From Acidobacteriota bacterium (lineage in GTDB: Bacteria; Acidobacteriota; Vicinamibacteria; Vicinamibacterales; UBA2999): DNA of 64,000 nt. Below the pieces are notes generated by a model, which was not told the origin of the DNA, ran no database searches, and saw only the letters and a program-made list of their open reading frames with translations. This document shows, one piece after another, positions 49,602-58,139 of this stretch (the first letter of the stretch is position 1; every line of letters begins with the position of its first letter). Made by a program: the position numbers and the translations under genes. The stretch is from contig JACPTI010000077.1 in the NCBI GenBank assembly GCA_016192845.1, positions 14,080 through 78,079 on the forward strand, written 5' to 3'.

Positions 49602-51940
49602 CAGATATGTGCCGTGGCGGGCAGGTGGACCCGCTTGAACCGGCGCGCGCGTTCGACAGTCACCGTTCCCCAGCCGCCGGCAGCCGCCGCCTGCAGGCGA
49701 TCGAGCTGATCGTCCGGCAACCGCTCGCTGTGATAGACCGTGGCGGGCGTCCCGCAGAACGCCGCGAGAATCGCCAGATCGCCGTAGCCGCCGACGAATG
49801 CCCGGACCCGCGCGAGCGCCTGCATCTGCTTCGGCAACGGTAATCCGTCCACCCGGACCACCTCCTCCTCCGCTGACACCTGCGCAATGAGCTCGGTCAG
49901 GAGCTGCTGATTCTCAGGCGTGAAGGGAAGCGCCGCCGTGAACGCCGCGCTGACCGCGACAGACGATCGCGGAAGCCCATCGCCGGAGGCCGCCACCGAC
50001 CAGTCCAGCCGTTCGTGGCGGAGGAGATCGCGCAGCTGTTCGAGCGCGCGGTCGCTGCGCAGCCGGCGCATGGTCCGGAACAGCAGGAATGGATGCAGCA
50101 CCTGGTGCTCCGAGAGGTCGAACGTCCGTGCCGCGCGCTCGACGATCTCGGCATCGAACGGCGACATCACCGCCTGCTTGGGATCCTGTTCGCTCTGTGG
50201 CACCGTCCGCCGGACCCAGTGGTCGAGCTCCGCCTCCGAAAACAGCGTCTGCGCATCGAGGAACCTGTGTGCAATCGAGCCGTACCACTCCCGCAGGCCG
50301 CCGCGGGAGAGGACGATCAGCCGCTCGGGGGGCAGATCATACGTCGCCGCGATCCATCGCACGAACGGGATCCAGTACAGCAGCTCGTTGGCGATCGAGT
50401 CGCCCCACGGTCCAACAAACACGGGCGCAGCGCCGTGCTGGATTTCTTCGAGCGCGGTCTTCACCGGACGCAGAGACAACGACGTGCCGATGACGGTGGC
50501 GTCGACGGCGGCGCGTCTGAAGGTCCGGCGGCGCACCAGCCAGCGATGAAGGGCCCGCCGCAGCGGCGGATACAACGGGCTCGTCGCCTGCGGCCGCTTG
50601 ACGAGGGCGGCGGCCCGCTCGATCTCGGCCGCGAGAATCGGCGACACCAGGCGCTCGGCCCCGTGCGGGCGCAGAAAGTGCTCCGCGAACGCGCGGCTTC
50701 GGGTTGAAGATGCCGGCTCGCCACGAAGCACCGCCCTCAGTTGAAGGTGATGCTCGCGGAAGTCGCGCGCGATAGTGGCCAGCCCGCCATACGCCTCCAC
50801 GAGGTAGTGGAAGTGGATGGTACCGACCTGCCCCTCGTCGAATCCCGGAATGAGCAGCGTGTGCACCGGCCGGCCGACGATCGCCGCCTCGAGCATGGCG
50901 CTCGTGGTCAGGCCGACGGCGACGTGCGCGTGGTGGATCGAGTCGAACAGCTCCTGGTCGCCGCCCCGGCTGGCATCGAGTGACAGGCCGACGTTCCCGA
51001 GGTCCGACAGATCCACCGACTCCCAGGAGCTGCGCACCGCCGGATGCGGGCGCACGAGGATGCCGCACGTGCGGACGACCTCGTCCTCGGCCGCGCGCAG
51101 CGATTCCGCCCAGCGGCGCACGAGCTCCATCTCGTTCGGCCCGGTCAGCTGCGACGAGCCGAGGTACAGGACCGCGGGACGCGCCGGATCGAGGCCGAAC
51201 TGCGCGAGAAAGTCCTCGCGCGGCGTCGAGACCCGGCGTGCGAAGAAATCATCGAAACGCGCCGCACCCGTGACGACGACGCTGTCGGGCGGGCAGCCGT
51301 GCAGGTCGAGCGCCTCGCGTCGCTGGATCTCGTTCCAGACGAGCACCCGGTCCGGGCGCACGCGCATCAGCCCCTTGTTCGTGAGGTTGTCCCAGCTGAA
51401 CGGGATGAAGACCACCGGGACGCCGAGCCGGTGCGCCGCCTTGACGTAGTCGGTCTGGTACGACTCAAAGGTCACGAGCGGCGTCACCAGGACGAGATCG
51501 GGCCGCTCCTCCCGAAGGAACGCCTCGAAGCCGGGATCGGTCGGCACGAGCTCTTCGCAGAGCGCGAGCGCCTGCGCGGTGAGCCGCCAGTGCCGTTTCA
51601 CCCACGGATGACGCTCGCAGAAGAGCACGAACTCGGTGGGCGCAATCTCGTACGCACGCCGGACGAGGCGCGTCGCCTGGGCGTAGCGCGGGTTGAAATA
51701 GCGGACGTAGTCGCGCGCGCCACGCAGGAGATCGACGAAGTCGCGCCACTCGTCGACGCGCTGAGTGGGATTCACACGGCCGGAAATGCGCGCGTGCTGT
51801 ACCGATTTCGGCAGCTCGAAGCTCCCCTTGCGCAGCCGCCCGGTCAGCCGGATCTCGTGGCCCCGGTCCGCCAGGATGGTGAGCGTCTCGTCGAAGTTGC
51901 GAATGCGGCTCGTGGCGCCGAGCAGAAACAGGATTTTCAT
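49601..51940 (-). CDS. Module A + degenerate module B fusion (779 aa)
   Basis: SWDNLTNKG/RPHP domain, then GPWGDSIANELLYWIPF, SRGG..EWY, LHPF, FVGGYG. Confidence 0.8.
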   Translation of the reverse strand: MKILFLLGATSRIRNFDETLTILADRGHEIRLTGRLRKGSFELPKSVQHARISGRVNPTQRVDEWRDFVDLLRGARDYVRYFNPRYAQATRLVRRAYEIAPTEFVLFCERHPWVKRHWRLTAQALALCEELVPTDPGFEAFLREERPDLVLVTPLVTFESYQTDYVKAAHRLGVPVVFIPFSWDNLTNKGLMRVRPDRVLVWNEIQRREALDLHGCPPDSVVVTGAARFDDFFARRVSTPREDFLAQFGLDPARPAVLYLGSSQLTGPNEMELVRRWAESLRAAEDEVVRTCGILVRPHPAVRSSWESVDLSDLGNVGLSLDASRGGDQELFDSIHHAHVAVGLTTSAMLEAAIVGRPVHTLLIPGFDEGQVGTIHFHYLVEAYGGLATIARDFREHHLQLRAVLRGEPASSTRSRAFAEHFLRPHGAERLVSPILAAEIERAAALVKRPQATSPLYPPLRRALHRWLVRRRTFRRAAVDATVIGTSLSLRPVKTALEEIQHGAAPVFVGPWGDSIANELLYWIPFVRWIAATYDLPPERLIVLSRGGLREWYGSIAHRFLDAQTLFSEAELDHWVRRTVPQSEQDPKQAVMSPFDAEIVERAARTFDLSEHQVLHPFLLFRTMRRLRSDRALEQLRDLLRHERLDWSVAASGDGLPRSSVAVSAAFTAALPFTPENQQLLTELIAQVSAEEEVVRVDGLPLPKQMQALARVRAFVGGYGDLAILAAFCGTPATVYHSERLPDDQLDRLQAAAAGGWGTVTVERARRFKRVHLPATAHI

Positions 51941-52881
51941 GCCGCCGCTTCGTCATTGCGCCGCTGCAGGACGCGGCCGAGCGCGGTACGTGCGAGGACC
52001 TTCCGCCACCATGCTTCGTCATGCACCATCTCGCGCCTGAGCGAGTACCCGAGGAACAGCACCGCATACCAACTGCCCTTCAGGCGGCCGAAGGCGGACC
52101 GGCCATTCCCGCGCGCACCGAAATCCCACAACAGCAGACCGAAATGCTGAATGATCGGCGGCAAATAGCTGTACAGTGGCGGGCGCGCCGAAAACAGCAT
52201 CTGACGCTGCCGCTTCAGACTGAAGTTGCCGGCCACCTCGCGGTACCAGAGCATCTCGGGCACGTGGCGGAACTCCCCGAGCAGCGTCAGCTCCATGAGC
52301 AGCTGCCGATCCGGCGCGAGCACACGCCGGAACACGCCTGCCTGGAGCATCGCGCTGATCCGGAACAGGCCGTACACGGCATTGCCGGCGGTCAGATACG
52401 TGATGGCGCGACGCAAGCGCTCCGTCGGCTTCACCATGCCGACGGTCTCGAACCGGCGGGTAATGAAGCGGCGGTCTTCCTGCGTGTAGATCCGCTGCAT
52501 CTGCGGATACGCCATCACGACCTCCGGACGTTCGTCGAGAGCCGGCACCAGCACCTCGAGCCAGCGCGGATGCCAGATGTCGTGGTCGCTGACCCAGGCG
52601 AAGTATTCGCTGCCGGGATACAGCTGGCGAGCGCGCGTAAACGCCTTCCGCCAGTTGTCGATCATGCCCAGTCGCCCGTCGTTCGCCTCGTACGTGATCC
52701 GCGGATCGAGCGCCGTGTAGGCATCGATGATCGCCTGCACCGCCGGCGACGGGCCGTCATCGACGATGTGGACGGCGAAATCGCGGTACGTCTGAGCGAG
52801 GAGCGACTCGAGGGTGCGCGCGAGCGTATCGGGCCTGTTGTACGCGGCCATGCCGAGGATCACCCGTGGACCGGTGGTCAT
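51937..52881 (-). CDS. GT2 glycosyltransferase (module D)
   Basis: PRVILGMAAYN, VDDG, LGMIDNW, EYFAWVSDHD.WHPRWL, YGLFR, PDR. Start at MTTGP. Confidence 0.88.
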   Translation of the reverse strand: MTTGPRVILGMAAYNRPDTLARTLESLLAQTYRDFAVHIVDDGPSPAVQAIIDAYTALDPRITYEANDGRLGMIDNWRKAFTRARQLYPGSEYFAWVSDHDIWHPRWLEVLVPALDERPEVVMAYPQMQRIYTQEDRRFITRRFETVGMVKPTERLRRAITYLTAGNAVYGLFRISAMLQAGVFRRVLAPDRQLLMELTLLGEFRHVPEMLWYREVAGNFSLKRQRQMLFSARPPLYSYLPPIIQHFGLLLWDFGARGNGRSAFGRLKGSWYAVLFLGYSLRREMVHDEAWWRKVLARTALGRVLQRRNDEAAA

Positions 52882-53939
52882 GCGAGGAGCCGTCTCCAGC
52901 CGACCAGATGCGCCCAGTCCGGCGCGCGTCCCGGCTCGCCGCGCGCCGGCATCGGGTGCGGCCAATACCGCTGCTCGATCGCCCGCCATACTCGACGGGT
53001 GTCGTCGCGCGCATCGCCGCCCGGAAGTACCGAGTAGAAGTATCGCGAACCGAACTCGAAAGCGCGATGCACGTGCGCGGACACGCGCTCGTCGCTCATG
53101 TGTCGCAGCGTCAGAACGTCGACCGTCAGATCGACCCGGGGGGGACGCAGCACCGGCAGCGCGCTTTCCGGCGCGAACACAAAATCGACTCTCTCCCACT
53201 CGCGCCACACCTCATCGGGAGCCTCGGGATCGAAGAGGCGCCATCGGACCCCGGGATAAACGGTCATGAGATACACGGCGGACAGCAGGAACAGGTCGGG
53301 AACGCCGGTAATCAGATAGGTCACGTCGGGGCACAGCGTCTTGAACTGATAGGCAAAGCCACCCCAGCCGCCGCCGATTTCCCACACGATCCGTCGCCCC
53401 GTCGTCCGGCGAAATTCCGGCAGTACAGCCGCATCCTGCAGCGCGGCGAGCAGGTGGAAGTGCTTCAAGGTGTCGGCGTTGTACCGCTCGCCGGCTCTCA
53501 GGTACCCGAACCCGCCGAGCGCCTGCGGCTCCGGCACCAGCAGGTCCTGGCCCAGCTGCTTTCGCAGCACCGCCAAATCGCGCCGCAGTCGGGCGATGAG
53601 ATCGCCAGCCGGATCGTCGTAATCCACCGCCCGCACGCCGCTGATGGGCTCGCACCAGTGGCGCAGCGTCGCGATCGTCTCGGGGGCGGCATCCCAGAGA
53701 TGGGAGAGGGCGGCAATCGTCCGCCGCTCGGGCTCGGTCAGCGACGCGATCTCACCGCTCGTCTCCGACATGCGCCGGGCCCAGTCGCGTACGGCCCCGT
53801 AATGCTCGTACGCGGTGGCCGCGACCGTCTCCAGCGCGAACCGCTCCGCTTCGCGCCGCGCCACACGCACCGCACGCGCCGCGAGCCGCTCCGGAGAGGG
53901 CCCAGGCTCCACCGCCGCCATGTCCGTGGCGCCCTTCAC
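52878..53939 (-). CDS. Sugar O-methyltransferase-like protein (module C)
   Basis: PEP..LGGFG, YN.DTL, WEIGGGWGGFAYQFKTL.P. Start GTG 53939 or ATG 53921. Confidence 0.75.
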   Translation of the reverse strand: MKGATDMAAVEPGPSPERLAARAVRVARREAERFALETVAATAYEHYGAVRDWARRMSETSGEIASLTEPERRTIAALSHLWDAAPETIATLRHWCEPISGVRAVDYDDPAGDLIARLRRDLAVLRKQLGQDLLVPEPQALGGFGYLRAGERYNADTLKHFHLLAALQDAAVLPEFRRTTGRRIVWEIGGGWGGFAYQFKTLCPDVTYLITGVPDLFLLSAVYLMTVYPGVRWRLFDPEAPDEVWREWERVDFVFAPESALPVLRPPRVDLTVDVLTLRHMSDERVSAHVHRAFEFGSRYFYSVLPGGDARDDTRRVWRAIEQRYWPHPMPARGEPGRAPDWAHLVGWRRLLA

Positions 53940-54637
53940 CGTCTGACCAGCGCCACCTGCGCCGTCCGCAGATCCCATGCGGCGAACGCGTCGGTCTGCT
54001 GCATGTATTCGGAAACCGCCTTGGGCACACCCGGGCATTTCTTCGACGCGTAATCGTCGATGACGATGATGCCGCCCGGCGACATGCACGGACCGAAGTA
54101 CTCGAGGCATGCGATCGTCGGCCGATAGAGATCCGTATCGATGTGGACCAGCCGGTATACGGCAGCGGCAAGATGCGGCAGCGACGCCGCGACGTCCCCT
54201 TTGTAGATTTCCAGCTGCCGGAACGCCGACAGATACGCCTGCACGTCCTCGTATCGCGTCTTGCTGAACTTTCCCGGCGCATGGAACGGGTCGTGCTCGG
54301 TGATCGCTGCGACCGGGTGTCCCTCGAACGTGTCGAAGACCCGCATTGGCACTTCGCCGCCCGTGATCGCCACCAACGCGCTGGCGATGAAGTACGCCGA
54401 CCCGCCCTGGTACGTTCCGATCTCTGCAACCGCACCGGGCACGTCGGCGACGTTACGCACCGCCTGCCAGAGGGAATACAGGCATTCGTAGCCGAGCAGC
54501 GTCCGTTCCCGCCGCACTACGGCGTCTGCAAGCTCGAAGAACGCGGACCCTGGCTGGAACTCGAGTGCGTGCCGCGGCTTTCTATACATCGGACGGCGAA
54601 ACCACTGATCGGGATCGCGGGGACGGTCGTTTCTCAT
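53936..54637 (-). CDS. TylF/MycF-family O-methyltransferase
   Basis: GAVAEIGTYQGGS, FDTFEG, VHIDTDLY, GGIIVIDDY, CPGV..AV. Start at MRNDR. Confidence 0.9.
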   Translation of the reverse strand: MRNDRPRDPDQWFRRPMYRKPRHALEFQPGSAFFELADAVVRRERTLLGYECLYSLWQAVRNVADVPGAVAEIGTYQGGSAYFIASALVAITGGEVPMRVFDTFEGHPVAAITEHDPFHAPGKFSKTRYEDVQAYLSAFRQLEIYKGDVAASLPHLAAAVYRLVHIDTDLYRPTIACLEYFGPCMSPGGIIVIDDYASKKCPGVPKAVSEYMQQTDAFAAWDLRTAQVALVRR

Positions 54638-55602
54638 GCGACTTCTTCGGGCCTCCGTGTGACCCGCGGCTGTGTAGCAGCATCGGATCGCGGCTGCGAG
54701 AACCATTTCGCAACCTTCATCCGCCAATCGGATTTCGGGCGTACGATGTCGCGGACGATCGACCACCACAGCTGAATCGCTGCGTACCGAACGCCCGACA
54801 ATCGGCCGAACGCGGGCTTTCCCCTTCCGCGCACGGCGAAGTCCCACAGCAGCGTGGCGGAGTGCTGTACATGGACCGGCAGGTTGGCATGAACAGGTAC
54901 CCCGTCCGGAAAGAAGGCTTTTAGCTGCCGGCGCCGGTCGAACTTCTGCAGGAACTCGCGGTACCAGAGCACTTCCGGCACCTGGCGGAACTGGCCGAAC
55001 AGCGACAGGGCCAGCAGTACCTGCCGATCGGGCAGAATCACGCGGTGGAACACGCCGGCCGCTTCCAGCGCCTTGGTGCGCATGAGGCCGTAGATCATGT
55101 CGCCCGACCGCATGTATCGCGCCGCCTGCCGCATCCGCTCTGCGCGGCTGGTAACGCCGAACGTCTCGAATAGCTTGACCTTCTCGGTCGTCCGGGCGCC
55201 TTCGGCGGTCAACTGCACGTTGTGCGGATACGCGAGCACCACTTCGGGATGCGCGTCGAGCACCGCCACCATCTCCTGCAGCCACCGGGCGTGCCAGACG
55301 TCGTGGTCACTCACCCACGCAAAGTATTCGCTCGCGGGATACAACTCCCGTGCGCGTGCGAACACCCGCCGCCAGTTGCCGACCATGCCCAGGCGGCGGC
55401 TGTTCGCCTCGTAGCTGATGCGCGGGAACTGACGGGCATACGCCTCGATAATCGATGCCGTCTCCCTCGAGGCCGCATCATCGATCGCAACCAGCGCGAA
55501 ATCCTGGCACGTCTGCGACAGCAGCGACTCGAGGGTCCGGGGCAGCGCATCCGGTCTGCCGTACGCCGGAAGCCCCAGCACGACTCTGGGCAAACCGTTC
55601 AC
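54634..55602 (-). CDS. GT2 glycosyltransferase (module D)
   Basis: PRVVLGLPAYG, IDD, LGMVGNW, EYFAWVSDHD.WH.RWL, YGLMR, PDR. GTG start at 55602. Confidence 0.88.
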   Translation of the reverse strand: MNGLPRVVLGLPAYGRPDALPRTLESLLSQTCQDFALVAIDDAASRETASIIEAYARQFPRISYEANSRRLGMVGNWRRVFARARELYPASEYFAWVSDHDVWHARWLQEMVAVLDAHPEVVLAYPHNVQLTAEGARTTEKVKLFETFGVTSRAERMRQAARYMRSGDMIYGLMRTKALEAAGVFHRVILPDRQVLLALSLFGQFRQVPEVLWYREFLQKFDRRRQLKAFFPDGVPVHANLPVHVQHSATLLWDFAVRGRGKPAFGRLSGVRYAAIQLWWSIVRDIVRPKSDWRMKVAKWFSQPRSDAATQPRVTRRPEEVA

Positions 55603-58139
55603 ACCAGAAGGCGTTTCCACCCGAGGAAGTAGGTCCGTTGAACCGGCCCCTCGCCAATCGTCAACGAGAGCCGCCGGGCCAGCGATTCCGGGGCACAGAC
55701 GGGATGAAGCCAGTACAGACGCTCGAGGTCGGGCCGTACCGGCGACGCGAGATCGCCGTCCGGATTTCCAGAGGGACAGACGGACGCGATATACCGGCAG
55801 CCGAGATCGAACGCGCGCCTCACGTGCATCTCGAGTCGCGACGGATGCATTCGTTCGAGCGCCATCAGGTCGATCGTCAGATCCAGTGACGGCGGCTCCA
55901 TCCGAGCGACGATGCTCTCGGGCGCGAAGCCGAAGTCGGTGGCGTCCCACTCGCTCCAGAACGCACGCGGATTCTGCGGATCGTAGAACCGAAACCGGGC
56001 GTCCGGAAACAGCGTCATCAGATACACGGCCGCCGGCAGCAGCACCTCGGGGCGTGCCGTCATCAGGTACGTCACGTTCGGACACAGCGTCTTGAAGTGG
56101 TGGGCGAATCCGCCGGACCCGCCAATCTCCCAGACGGTGCGCCTCGGCGCCGCGCCGCGAAATTCCCTGATCAGGGAGGCGTCCTGCAGCAGCGAGACCA
56201 CCCTGAAGCACCGCAGCGTCTCCTCGTTGTAGCGCCTGCCGCCGCTCTCGAACCCGAAGGCGCCGAGTGCGGCGGGCTCGTCCACCCAGAGCGCGCTGTC
56301 GCCGCGGACGAGCAGCCGGCGCAGGTCACGCTCGAAGCGAGCCCTGACCGGGCGGGGCGCGTCGTCGTAGTCGGCGGCGCGGACGCCGCTGGTCGCCGCG
56401 GTATACCGTCGCAGCTCTGCGATCGTCTCCGGCGCCGCGTCCCATAATGGCGCGAGGGCGGCCAGCAGGCGCCGCTCGGCGGGCGTCGAACCGTTGGCTC
56501 CGGCCTCCGCGTCGCGCAACGGCCGCAGCCGCTCGCGCGCACGGAGATAGGCGTCGAAGGCACGCGCCCTGCACTCGGCGACAAAGGCGGCCTGCCGCTC
56601 GAGCGCCAGCCGCCGCGCGGCGCGCTCCTGCTGATCGCGCTGCTTGGCCGCCTTCCGCGCTTCCAGCGCGTGGTTGGCGCCCTGCCGCGCCTCTTGCATC
56701 GCCGACGCCATGCTGGCCAGCGCCGGCCTGGCCGCGAGGCGCCACCATGGGCCGCGACTGGGCCGCCGGGCGCCGGCGGCGGCCGTCGCCTCGATGGCGA
56801 CAACCAGTTTCGGCGTCGCCGCCACGTCCATCCCGTACGGTCGAACGAACGCTTCCACGAAGCGCCAGCACCTGTCGGCCGCCGCGTCAGGATTGCGCAG
56901 CGCCGTCTCGAGCTGTGACACATGCTCGCTGATTCCGGAGGCGACGTGGAGCAAGCCACCGTTCACCTCCCGCAGGTATCGAAAATGGAGCGTGCCGTCC
57001 TGCGTATCGCGGAATTCCGGGGCGAGCAGCGTGTAGACGCCGCGACCGACGATGGCGCTCTCGATGAGCGCGCTGGTGTTGATGCCGACGACGGCCGCGC
57101 TGTGATGAATGGAATCGTAATAATCGGCGCGCGTGTCCTCGTCAATCGGATTGCCGCCGTCTCGCGGCCAGATCACGACGTTGCCAAAATCGCTGACATC
57201 CGCCGTGGCCCAGCGTTCCGCGTTCTGCGGGTGGGGCCGCACGAGGACTCCGGCGCCGCGCAATGCTGCGGCGGCCGAGCGGACCTCCTGGACCCATCGC
57301 CGGACGAACGGCAGTTCGTTCCCCGCAATGAACCTCGACGAACAGAGATACAGCAGATAGGGATGCCGCGGGTCGAGGCCGACCCGGGCACAGAAAGCCT
57401 CGCGCGAGGCGCGCGGCGTCCAGGTGAACCAGTGGTCGTACGGCGCCGCGCCGGTCACGACCACGCGCTCGGCGGGGACGCGATGGAGCGCGACCGCCTC
57501 GGCCTTCATCGCCTGGTTCCATACCGTGACGAGGTCGAGCGGGTCGTGAATGAGCCCCTTGTTCGTGAGGTTGTCCCAGCTGTACACGCACAGGCCGGTG
57601 CGGATGCCGAGCGCGCGGGCGCTGCGCAGGTAGTCCGACTGCGGCGACCCGGGCTCCACCAGCGGCGTGACGAGCACGAGATCCGGACGGTGATCATGAA
57701 TGAACGCGGAGATCGCCGGATCCGGCGGCAACGCCCGATCGCACGTGCGCAGGAACCGTCCGAGCAGCCAGCGGCCCCGGCGGGTGAGGACGAGGCGCCG
57801 CCATGCTGCCGAGGCGGCGAACACCGGCGCCTTCTGCTCGGCGCGCCACCGCAGCTTGGAAGCGTCCCGGTACTCCGGCCGGAAGTAACGCAGGTAATCG
57901 ATCCCCTTTCGCAGCTCGACGCCGAGCTGCGACCAGGTCGGTGCCGACGGTCCCGGCGGCAGCCCGTGGGTGATCTCCGGATGCTCGCGGCAGAGGCGCC
58001 CGATGAGGTCCCCAGGATCAAGGTACTGGTGCACTTCCGCGGCGACGTGCACGCGGTGCCCGCGTCCGGCGAGCAGGCGCAGCGTCGATTCGAAATTCCG
58101 CACGTACACCGTGCTGCGCATGAAGAAGAGGATCTTCAT
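55599..58139 (-). CDS. Module A + helical linker + degenerate module C fusion (846 aa)
   Basis: SWDNLTNKG/RPHP domain, A/R/E/Q-rich linker, then WEIGGSGGFAHHFKTLCP. Start at MKILF. Confidence 0.82.
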   Translation of the reverse strand: MKILFFMRSTVYVRNFESTLRLLAGRGHRVHVAAEVHQYLDPGDLIGRLCREHPEITHGLPPGPSAPTWSQLGVELRKGIDYLRYFRPEYRDASKLRWRAEQKAPVFAASAAWRRLVLTRRGRWLLGRFLRTCDRALPPDPAISAFIHDHRPDLVLVTPLVEPGSPQSDYLRSARALGIRTGLCVYSWDNLTNKGLIHDPLDLVTVWNQAMKAEAVALHRVPAERVVVTGAAPYDHWFTWTPRASREAFCARVGLDPRHPYLLYLCSSRFIAGNELPFVRRWVQEVRSAAAALRGAGVLVRPHPQNAERWATADVSDFGNVVIWPRDGGNPIDEDTRADYYDSIHHSAAVVGINTSALIESAIVGRGVYTLLAPEFRDTQDGTLHFRYLREVNGGLLHVASGISEHVSQLETALRNPDAAADRCWRFVEAFVRPYGMDVAATPKLVVAIEATAAAGARRPSRGPWWRLAARPALASMASAMQEARQGANHALEARKAAKQRDQQERAARRLALERQAAFVAECRARAFDAYLRARERLRPLRDAEAGANGSTPAERRLLAALAPLWDAAPETIAELRRYTAATSGVRAADYDDAPRPVRARFERDLRRLLVRGDSALWVDEPAALGAFGFESGGRRYNEETLRCFRVVSLLQDASLIREFRGAAPRRTVWEIGGSGGFAHHFKTLCPNVTYLMTARPEVLLPAAVYLMTLFPDARFRFYDPQNPRAFWSEWDATDFGFAPESIVARMEPPSLDLTIDLMALERMHPSRLEMHVRRAFDLGCRYIASVCPSGNPDGDLASPVRPDLERLYWLHPVCAPESLARRLSLTIGEGPVQRTYFLGWKRLLV

